A stretch of 64,000 nucleotides of DNA from Pseudomonadota bacterium. GTDB taxonomy: Bacteria > Myxococcota_A > UBA796 > UBA9615. This document shows positions 29,442-37,155 of the stretch, piece after piece. The first letter of the stretch is position 1. Every line of letters begins with the position of its first letter. Location: the NCBI GenBank assembly GCA_024229515.1, contig JAAESI010000340.1, positions 92,808 through 156,807 on the forward strand, given 5' to 3'. The position numbers were made by a program, and so were the translations under genes. The notes beneath the pieces were generated by a model. It saw nothing but the letters and a program-made list of their open reading frames with translations. It did no database searches and was not told the DNA's origin.

Positions 29442-30197
29442 ATGGCCCCCTCCACCCGCGTCTGCGTGCTCGTTCCGAGCCTCAACAACGCATCCACCAT
29501 CGCCGCCGTCGTGACCGATTCGGTGGCGCAGGGGCTGCCGGTGATCGTCATCGACGACGGCAGCACCGACGGAACGGGGGAGACGGCGCGCACCGCGGGC
29601 GCCAACGTCGTCACCCACGAGGTCAATCGCGGCAAGGGACAGGCCCTCCAGACGGGGTGGCAGACCGCCGTAGACCGAGGCTTCACCCACGCGATCGCCA
29701 TCGACGCGGACGGGCAGCACCACCCCTCCGACATCCCTGCGTTCCTCGCCCGCCTGGAGCAAGCCCCGGACGCACTGCTGGTCGGCGACCGCCCCATGGA
29801 CGGCGACCACGTCCCCCGGTCGTCCCGGATCGGCCGCGCGATCTCCGACTTCATGCTGTGGGCCGCCGCCTCCAAGGAGATCGGCCGGGAACGCCCCGAC
29901 ACGCAGTGCGGCTTCCGGGTCTACCCCCTCGCCCACGTCCCGAAGCTGCCGCTCCGAGGCGTGCGCTACGAATTCGAGATGGAGGTCCTGGTGCGCGCCG
30001 CGTGGCTGGGCATCCCGGTGCTCGGTGTGCCCATTTCGGTCCACTACCCACCGCACGACGAGCGGGTCAGCCACTTCCACAAGTGGCGGGACAACGGTCG
30101 GATCGTCGGGGTCTACACCCGGCTGATGCTGATGCGGCTCTTCTGGCCGGTCTTCCGACCGAGGGCGCTGCTGGTGGAGTCCTCGCCCCGCCACTGA
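29442..30197 (+). CDS. family 2 glycosyltransferase (paralogue of 17018..17722)
   Basis: The ATG at 29442 gives MAPSTRVCVLVPSLNNASTI..VIVIDDGSTDGT..NRGKGQAL..AIDADGQHH..CGFRVYP. It aligns block by block with the other GT2. Confidence 0.8.
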   Translation: MAPSTRVCVLVPSLNNASTIAAVVTDSVAQGLPVIVIDDGSTDGTGETARTAGANVVTHEVNRGKGQALQTGWQTAVDRGFTHAIAIDADGQHHPSDIPAFLARLEQAPDALLVGDRPMDGDHVPRSSRIGRAISDFMLWAAASKEIGRERPDTQCGFRVYPLAHVPKLPLRGVRYEFEMEVLVRAAWLGIPVLGVPISVHYPPHDERVSHFHKWRDNGRIVGVYTRLMLMRLFWPVFRPRALLVESSPRH

Positions 30198-30943
30198 GTC
30201 AGCTGCTCGGCGACGGCCGCGTGGCAGGCCTTGCTCAGCGCCACGGGGCTCGGCTCGGACACATCTGCCAGCGCGATCGGATCCAGCACGCGGACCTTGA
30301 TCGTGGTGAACGGCGTGTCGCCGAGGAAGCTCCAGCTCCCCTTGGGGAGGATGTTGCGGGTGCCGTCGATCGCGATGGGCACCACCGGGACCTGCTTGTC
30401 GACGGCGACGCGGAACGCCCCCGCCTTGAAGTGGCCCAGGCTCCCGTCCCGGCTCCGGGTCCCCTCGGGGAAGACGCCGACGGACACGCCGCGGTCGATC
30501 CACTCACCGCACTCGGTCAGGATCGCGCCAGCGCCGAAGGGGTTCTTCATGTCGACGGCCATGTAGCCGGTCACCCGCATGTACCAGGCGAACAGCGGGA
30601 TCTTGAAGAACCGCAGCCCCGAGACCCACTTGAAGTCGCCGCCCAGAGCCATCATCACGAGCACGTCCAAAAGCGACTGGTGGTTCGTGATGATCAGGTA
30701 GGGGCCACCCTCGGTCAGCCGCTCGGCGCCCTCGATCTCCAGCTTGATGAAGGGGTTCAGGGCCCAGACCATGCGACCCCACCAGAACACGCCCACGCGG
30801 TGCGGGAGCTTGCGCTCGGGATCGAGCCGCCGGGGCACCAGCAACGCCAGCGGCATCCCGCACACAAACGACGCGAACGCGCAGTTGAGGACGACATGCC
30901 AGATGAACAAGGTGGCCAGGAGGCGTTGGATTCGGTTGAGCAA
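30113..30943 (-). CDS. PlsC-family acyltransferase (second copy)
   Basis: HX4D box TNHQSLLD and second motif VFPEGTRS. The 3' end overlaps the convergent GT2 by 85 nt. Confidence 0.8.
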   Translation of the reverse strand: MLNRIQRLLATLFIWHVVLNCAFASFVCGMPLALLVPRRLDPERKLPHRVGVFWWGRMVWALNPFIKLEIEGAERLTEGGPYLIITNHQSLLDVLVMMALGGDFKWVSGLRFFKIPLFAWYMRVTGYMAVDMKNPFGAGAILTECGEWIDRGVSVGVFPEGTRSRDGSLGHFKAGAFRVAVDKQVPVVPIAIDGTRNILPKGSWSFLGDTPFTTIKVRVLDPIALADVSEPSPVALSKACHAAVAEQLTQWRGEDSTSSALGRKTGQKSRISISRV

Positions 30944-30993
30944 GCGGGCCGGACCTTACCAGCGGTCCATCACCGACGGGCAGGCCGTCGCCT

Positions 30994-31022
30994 TTGTTTG
31001 GTCCCGCACGCGCGGGTAGAGT
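30994..31022 (+). promoter_or_regulatory. candidate sigma70-like promoter (TTGTTT-17 nt-TAGAGT) 8 nt upstream of the ATG at 31031
   Basis: The hexamers were read directly from the sequence. Each matches consensus at 4 of 6 positions and the spacing is 17 nt. This would imply a near-leaderless mRNA. It is weak, pattern-only evidence. Confidence 0.2.
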
Positions 31023-31030
31023 GCCCGCGC

Positions 31031-34000
31031 ATGAGGAAGAAGGTGTCATCCATGCTCCGCCGCAGCATCACCCTTGCTCTGATCGCCCTCTTCACTGCGG
31101 GCTGCCCCGAGCCCGAGGACCAGACCCTCCGGTTCGATCCCAACCCGGTCGAGCTCCCCGACGCGCTCCCGGGGTTCACCTCGTCGACCGAGTTCTCCGT
31201 GATCAACGGCACCGGCCAGACCTGGACGCTGACCGCCCTGGCGATGTCCTCGGCGGACGAAGGAGCCGAACGCTTCGACGTCGTCATCGGCGAAGGCGGC
31301 GCCCTCCCCGTGGACCTGCTCCCCGGCGAGCACCTCCCCCTCACCATCGTCTTCAGCCCCGAGACCGTGCGCACCTACGGAGCGGTGCTCACCGGCTCGC
31401 TGAGCATGTCCGACTTCGTGGTCGGCGGCGGCGGCTGCAGCGCCGGCTGCGGCGAGGAAGCGCCCGAGGACCTGACCCAGTTCGTGGCCGTCACGGTCAT
31501 CGGCACGGGCAACGAAGAGGCCCAGTTCGAGGACTGCGAAGACGGCATCGACAACGACGGCGACGGCCTCGTCGACTGCGACGACCCCGACTGCCTCACC
31601 TTCCCCAACTGCAGCGAGATCGAGTTCGACTGCGGCAACGGCCTCGACGACGACGGCGACGGCCTCGTCGACTGCGACGACCCCGACTGCGCCAACGATC
31701 CGGAGTGCGGTGGCGACCCGGAGATCTGCGACGACGGCATCGACAACGACGGCGACGGCCGCGTCGACTGCGAGGACGCCGACTGCGCCGACTTCCCCGG
31801 CTGCATCAGCATCGACGGCTGCGATCCGCAGGGCGAGCTGTTCTGCGGCGGCTTCGTGCAGTCCGACACCGGCGACGGCACCAACGAGTGGGAGGACTAC
31901 TGCGACTCCGGCTTCGACGGCTTCTCCGGCCCCGAGCACGTCTGGGGTTACTACGCCGACTCCCCCGGTGAGGTGTACGTCGCGGCGACCGCGTTCGGCG
32001 GCGGCGGAGGCCCCGGCCCCGGCGGCGGCGGCTGGGACCTGGACCTGACGATCCTGGAGGCCCGCGGCGAGGACGGCGACTTCATCTGCGATCCCACCAA
32101 CTGCGTGGCGACCTCGTGGAGCCCGCCCGGCCAGCCCACCGAAGAGACCTTCTTCGACGCCCAGTCCGAGACGCTCTACCTCATCGTCATCGACGGCTGG
32201 GACGGCGCCTCGGGCGAGTACGAACTGTTCCTCGAGTGCGAGGGCGGCAGCTTCGAGAACGAGTGCGACGACGGCCTCGACAACGACAGCGACGGCCTCG
32301 CCGACTGCGACGACCCGGACTGCTTCGGCACCCCCGAGTGCGCCCCCGACGGCTACTGCCAGCCGGCGGTGCTCGGCGAGTGCGGCGGCTTCTACAGCGC
32401 CAGCAACGACGCGGACTTCAGCACCAACGAGGTGACGGATTACTGCGACAACGGCTTCGACGGCTGGACCGGCCCCGAAGTGGCGATGTTCTACTTCCCG
32501 GACGTCACCGGAGAGGTCACGGTCTCCTTGACCGGCTTGTCCGAGGACCTCGACCTGACCGTGCTGCTGGCCGACATCGGCGCCGGCAACGAGGACGAGA
32601 TCTGCAACCCGGACCTGTGCATCGACGAGGACTGGGCCGGCGGCTCCGACCCCGAGGAGATCACCTTCGACGCGTTCGCGGGCACCGGCTACATCTTCGT
32701 GGTCGACGGCTGGGACGGCGCCGTCAGCAACTTCGACCTGACGGTCGAGTGCGACATCGTGGGCGTCGAGTTCTGCGACAACGGCCTCGACGACGACGGC
32801 GACGGCCTCGTCGACTGCGACGATCCCGACTGCGTCGGCTTCCCCGGCTGCATCGGCGGCACCGAGATCTGCGACGACGGCATCGACAACGACGGCGACG
32901 GCGACGCGGACTGCGACGACATCCTCGACTGCCAGGCGTTCCCCGGCTGCGACTACGGCGACGGCGACTGCTGCTCCGACAACGGCAGCCCCGGCTGCGA
33001 GAACGAGCTGGGCGAGGACTGCGTCTGCGCCATCGACCCCTACTGCTGCAACGTCGAGTGGGACGGGATCTGCGCCGACGAGTTCGAGAACCAGTGCGGC
33101 GGCACCTGCGACGGGCCCGGCACGGAGATCTGCGACGACGGCATCGACAACGACGGCGACGGCTTCGCCGACTGCGACGACGCGGACTGTGGGCTGTTCC
33201 CCGACTGCGTCACCCCCGGCAACGAGTTCGACTGCGACAACACGGTCGATGACGACGGCGACGGACTCGTGGACTGCGCCGACCCGGACTGCGCCACCGA
33301 CCCCGTCTGCCTCCCCGGCAACGAGGACTGCACCAACGGCCTGGACGACGACGGCGACGGCCTCGTGGACTGCGACGATGGGGACTGCACGTTCGAGTCG
33401 GTCTGCGACGCGGGCGACGGCGACTGCTGCGTGAGCAACGGCAGCCCCGGCTGCGACGACGAGGCGGGCGAGGACCTGGTCTGCGACCTGGATCCCTTCT
33501 GCTGCAACGTCACCTGGGACTTCATCTGCGCCGACGAGTACCAGGACGTCTTCGGCGGCACCTGCGCCGACGAGATCTGCGACAACGGCCTCGACGACGA
33601 CGCCGACGGCGCCACCGACTGCGACGACAGCGATTGCACCGGCGACCCCGCCTGCCCCGACGTCGAGATCTGCGACAACGGCCTCGACGACGACGCCGAC
33701 GGCTTCATCGACTGCGACGACCTGGACTGCCAGGGCACGCCGGACTGCGCCGAGCCGCTGACCGAGACGGACTGCACCAACAACATCGACGATGACTTCG
33801 ACGGCCCCATCGACTGCGCCGACAGCGACTGCTTCGCCGACCCGGCGTGCGTCGTGCCGGGCACGGAGACCAACTGCGCCAACGGGCTGGACGACGACGG
33901 CGACGGCGCGACCGACTGCGACGACAGCGACTGCACGGCCGACCCCAACTGCAACATCAACCCGTTCGAGACGTCCTGCGTCGACGGAATCGACAACGAC

Positions 34001-35572
34001 GCCGACGGCGACATCGACTGCGATGACAGCGACTGCGCCTCGTTCCCGGGCTGCGTGAACCCGCCGGAGGCCAACTGCGTCAACGGCATCGACGACGACG
34101 CGGACGGGCTGACGGACTGCAACGACAGCGACTGCGCCTTCGACCCCGCCTGCGCCACGGGCGAGGACTGCGACGACGGCGTCGACAACGACGGCGACGG
34201 GGACGTCGACTGCGCCGACAGCGACTGCAGCGCGGACATCGCGTGCGTCGACCCGGGCGTCTGCTCGCCGATCCAGAACATCACCTGCGGCGACGTCATC
34301 GCCAGCAGCAACGACGCGTTCGGCAGCACCAACGTGCTGGACGAGTGGTGCGGCAACCCGCTCGCCCCCGGCTGGACGGGCCCGGAGATCACGTACCTGT
34401 TCACGCCCACGGCGGACGGCTTCGTCGACATGACGCTGTCGGGCCTGACCGCGGACCTGGACATCCAGGCGGTGGTCGAGGACGAGGGCTGCGACGCCGA
34501 GGACTGCGAAGCCAACGGCTGGAACCCGCCACCGGACGACGAGCAGATAGACTGGTTCGCCTTCGCGGGCCAGCCCTACTACATCGTCATCGACGGCTGG
34601 AATGGAGCCATCAGCAGCTTCAACCTGACGGTCACCTGCACCCCGCTGCAGGAGACGGGGCTGTGCGACAACGGGCTGAACGACGACGGTGACGGCGACA
34701 CCGACTGCGCCGACGTGGACTGCCTCGGCGACGCGGCCTGCCCCGAGCTGATCTGCGACGACGGCATCGACAACGACGCCGACGCGGCGGCGGACTGCAA
34801 CGACACGGACTGCTTCGGCACGCCGACCTGCATCCCCGAGACCAACTGCGTCGATGGCATCGACAACGACAGCGATGGCGATACGGACTGCGACGACACC
34901 GACTGCGCCAGTCTCCCGGCCTGCGACGACGGTGGCGAGCCCGACGAGGAGATCTGCGGCAACGGCCTCGACGACGACGGCGACGGCCAGACGGACTGCG
35001 ACGACACGGACTGCGCGGGCGACCCCGGGTGCTCCGTGGTGCTCTTCTCGTCGGTGGACGACGACCCCCAGGACTTCATCCACTTCGGCCTCGCCAACCA
35101 CGGCAGCAGCGTGGTGTGGGAGCAAGGCATCCCCGACACGTCACTCCAGACGGGGGCCGGCCCGACGGGCCCGTATGCGGGCACGGCCGCGTGGTGCACC
35201 GGCTGCGAAGAGGACCCCGTCAACGGCGGCCGCTTCAACGCCTACCTGATCGTCCAACCCTTCACGTTCGACCTGTCGAGCCTGTCCGGCGGCACGCTCG
35301 AGCTCAACTGGCGCCACTGGCAGGTCTCACCCGGCTTCCCCGCCACCGACCTGACGCGCCTCGAAGCCAGCGACGACGGCGGCAATACCATCAACGTCGA
35401 GTGGGGCCCGTTCGCGGCCAGCACCGGCGGGTGGTCGTTCGAGGTGATCGACCTCAGCGGCTACCTCGGCGGCGACCTGACGCTCGGGTTCCGGCTGGAC
35501 AGCATGGACGGGTTCGACTCCGGCGACGACGGTTGGTACCTCGACGACGTGGAGCTCATCTACTACCCGTAG
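31031..35572 (+). CDS. giant (1513 aa) Cys/Asp-repeat surface lipoprotein
   Basis: MRKKVSSMLRRSITLALIALFTAGC (lipobox). The N-terminus is a choice-of-anchor-D/ASH-like beta-sandwich. There are 20 copies of C.DG.DND.DG..DC.D.DC, three PPC-like modules ending in ..V(I/V)DGW(D/N)GA.S.(F/Y).L.(V/L).C, and a C-terminal jelly-roll ending in GWYLDDVELIYYP. Confidence 0.8.
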   Translation: MRKKVSSMLRRSITLALIALFTAGCPEPEDQTLRFDPNPVELPDALPGFTSSTEFSVINGTGQTWTLTALAMSSADEGAERFDVVIGEGGALPVDLLPGEHLPLTIVFSPETVRTYGAVLTGSLSMSDFVVGGGGCSAGCGEEAPEDLTQFVAVTVIGTGNEEAQFEDCEDGIDNDGDGLVDCDDPDCLTFPNCSEIEFDCGNGLDDDGDGLVDCDDPDCANDPECGGDPEICDDGIDNDGDGRVDCEDADCADFPGCISIDGCDPQGELFCGGFVQSDTGDGTNEWEDYCDSGFDGFSGPEHVWGYYADSPGEVYVAATAFGGGGGPGPGGGGWDLDLTILEARGEDGDFICDPTNCVATSWSPPGQPTEETFFDAQSETLYLIVIDGWDGASGEYELFLECEGGSFENECDDGLDNDSDGLADCDDPDCFGTPECAPDGYCQPAVLGECGGFYSASNDADFSTNEVTDYCDNGFDGWTGPEVAMFYFPDVTGEVTVSLTGLSEDLDLTVLLADIGAGNEDEICNPDLCIDEDWAGGSDPEEITFDAFAGTGYIFVVDGWDGAVSNFDLTVECDIVGVEFCDNGLDDDGDGLVDCDDPDCVGFPGCIGGTEICDDGIDNDGDGDADCDDILDCQAFPGCDYGDGDCCSDNGSPGCENELGEDCVCAIDPYCCNVEWDGICADEFENQCGGTCDGPGTEICDDGIDNDGDGFADCDDADCGLFPDCVTPGNEFDCDNTVDDDGDGLVDCADPDCATDPVCLPGNEDCTNGLDDDGDGLVDCDDGDCTFESVCDAGDGDCCVSNGSPGCDDEAGEDLVCDLDPFCCNVTWDFICADEYQDVFGGTCADEICDNGLDDDADGATDCDDSDCTGDPACPDVEICDNGLDDDADGFIDCDDLDCQGTPDCAEPLTETDCTNNIDDDFDGPIDCADSDCFADPACVVPGTETNCANGLDDDGDGATDCDDSDCTADPNCNINPFETSCVDGIDNDADGDIDCDDSDCASFPGCVNPPEANCVNGIDDDADGLTDCNDSDCAFDPACATGEDCDDGVDNDGDGDVDCADSDCSADIACVDPGVCSPIQNITCGDVIASSNDAFGSTNVLDEWCGNPLAPGWTGPEITYLFTPTADGFVDMTLSGLTADLDIQAVVEDEGCDAEDCEANGWNPPPDDEQIDWFAFAGQPYYIVIDGWNGAISSFNLTVTCTPLQETGLCDNGLNDDGDGDTDCADVDCLGDAACPELICDDGIDNDADAAADCNDTDCFGTPTCIPETNCVDGIDNDSDGDTDCDDTDCASLPACDDGGEPDEEICGNGLDDDGDGQTDCDDTDCAGDPGCSVVLFSSVDDDPQDFIHFGLANHGSSVVWEQGIPDTSLQTGAGPTGPYAGTAAWCTGCEEDPVNGGRFNAYLIVQPFTFDLSSLSGGTLELNWRHWQVSPGFPATDLTRLEASDDGGNTINVEWGPFAASTGGWSFEVIDLSGYLGGDLTLGFRLDSMDGFDSGDDGWYLDDVELIYYP

Positions 35573-37079
35573 CGCCCTGTACCTCGTGCAGGGTGACCTG
35601 ATCCTCGTCGAGCAGGACGAACCGGTGGACCGTGCCTGGCGCAGCGTCGACACTCGCCCGCCACAGGCCGGCGCCCACCGACACCAGCGGACTCCCCACC
35701 CAGGCTCCCGGCGCCTGCTTCACCCAGACCTCGCCGCCGGCGATGGGCGCGCCCTCGATCACGAACGTCCAGGGAAGCTCCGGGTCGGGCGTGACCGTGA
35801 CGGTGGGGGCGGCGGGCGCTTCGACCAGCAACTCGGGGGCCTCGGGGAACGGCGCCCGGCTGAGCCCGAAGGCGGCGAGCACCCCGATGGCGATCGCCAG
35901 CGGAATCCGCGCGGGGAACGGCCGGGAGCTCGTCCGAATCGCTGAGATGCCGGTCGCGGATGGCGGCGCGACGGGCCAGCTGTCCAGCTCGATGTCGTCC
36001 GGGATCGACGGCGGCGGACCGTCCAGCCGCTGGATGCCGACGAGGTGCTCCGACACCACGAACGGCGGGGGGCCGCTGCCCTTGGCGCGCCGTCGCGCAT
36101 CCCGGAGCCCCCGGTAGTAGGTGCCCTGGTCGGGGAGCGTCTCGATCCACTCCGCGAGGTTCGTGCCCAGGCCGGCCCGAATCTCCAGGTCCTCCAGCGC
36201 GTCCCCCATCAGCTTCGCCGACAGCCAGCGCTCCGACGGGCGCCGCCGCAACGCCATGCCGAGCACGCGGCCCAGCCCCGGCAGGATCTCGTCCAGCTCC
36301 GCGATCACCCCGCGCTTGTGCAGAATCTCGTCCACCTTGAGCACCTCGACCACGGTCGCGGCGGCGTTGCCGGCGTAGAAGAGCCGCTTCCCCGTCAGCG
36401 CCTGGTAGAGGATCACCCCGAGGCTGAACAAGTCGCTGGCCCCGTCCACCGGGGTCGCGCTCGCCTGCTCCGGCGACATGTACGACGGCGTGCCCTTCGT
36501 GATCCCGGTGCGCGTCGCGAGGCTGTTCAGCACCACCGCCTTGGCCACCCCGAAGTCCGCGATGCGCACCCGCCCGTCGCGGCCGACTAGCAGGTTCGAC
36601 GGCTTCAGATCCCGGTGCACCACCTCCACCAGCCGCCCCCCGATGCGCAGCTGGTGGGCGTGCTCCAGCGCCTCGCAGACCTGCTTGCCCAGATCCAACA
36701 CCGCCGTCACGGGGAGCACGCCCGCACCCGACAGCAGGTCCGACAGCTCCGTGCCGTCGACCAGCTCCATCGCCATCCACGGCTGGCCGAAGGTGATGCC
36801 GAAGTCGTAGACCTCGACGATCCCGGGGTGGTGCAGCAGCGCTCCCAGCTTCGCTTCGTTCTTGAGGTCGATGCCCATCCGCCGCGCCGCCATCGCCACG
36901 CTCGGGTGCATCACCTTCAGCGCGCACGGCTTGCGGAAGCCCTGCGGACCTTCCATCTCGGCGCGGAACACCGCCCCCATCCCGCCCTCGCCGAGCACGT
37001 CGAGGAGGAGGAAGCGGCCGAACTTCAGCGGGAGTTCAGAGGGGCTGGGATCGGGGTCAAGGGGCTGCAGTGCGCCCAT
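35556..37079 (-). CDS. Hanks-type Ser/Thr protein kinase with C-terminal TM anchor and extracytoplasmic domain
   Basis: GEGGMGAVF, ALK, HRDLKPSNLL, DFG and SPEQ are present, followed by a TM segment IPLAIAIGVLAAFGL. Confidence 0.85.
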   Translation of the reverse strand: MGALQPLDPDPSPSELPLKFGRFLLLDVLGEGGMGAVFRAEMEGPQGFRKPCALKVMHPSVAMAARRMGIDLKNEAKLGALLHHPGIVEVYDFGITFGQPWMAMELVDGTELSDLLSGAGVLPVTAVLDLGKQVCEALEHAHQLRIGGRLVEVVHRDLKPSNLLVGRDGRVRIADFGVAKAVVLNSLATRTGITKGTPSYMSPEQASATPVDGASDLFSLGVILYQALTGKRLFYAGNAAATVVEVLKVDEILHKRGVIAELDEILPGLGRVLGMALRRRPSERWLSAKLMGDALEDLEIRAGLGTNLAEWIETLPDQGTYYRGLRDARRRAKGSGPPPFVVSEHLVGIQRLDGPPPSIPDDIELDSWPVAPPSATGISAIRTSSRPFPARIPLAIAIGVLAAFGLSRAPFPEAPELLVEAPAAPTVTVTPDPELPWTFVIEGAPIAGGEVWVKQAPGAWVGSPLVSVGAGLWRASVDAAPGTVHRFVLLDEDQVTLHEVQGATGSR

Positions 37080-37155
37080 GGGCGGGTCCTTTCACACCCC
37101 TCATGCCCCTCAACGTAGATCCGCCTCTGCTGACGCGCCCGTAAGATTCGGCCGC

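Noticed and set aside
23740-30197. Very long N-terminal extensions in track ORFs 23740..25428, 25528..27654, 25516..28185 and 26091..30197 (also 12980..15673 and 29657..35572)
   Set aside because: Only the 3' segments look like proteins, with motifs and signal peptides. The upstream parts are Arg/Pro/Gly junk overlapping real genes on the same or the opposite strand. I trimmed the starts to the first plausible codon after the upstream stop.
31046-35125. 1359-aa minus-strand ORF antisense to the giant lipoprotein gene
   Set aside because: Its composition is monotonous V/A/G/D/R, which is simply the mirror of the Asp/Cys/Gly codon repeats on the plus strand. It has no motifs and no signal. The plus-strand frame has a lipobox and structured repeats.
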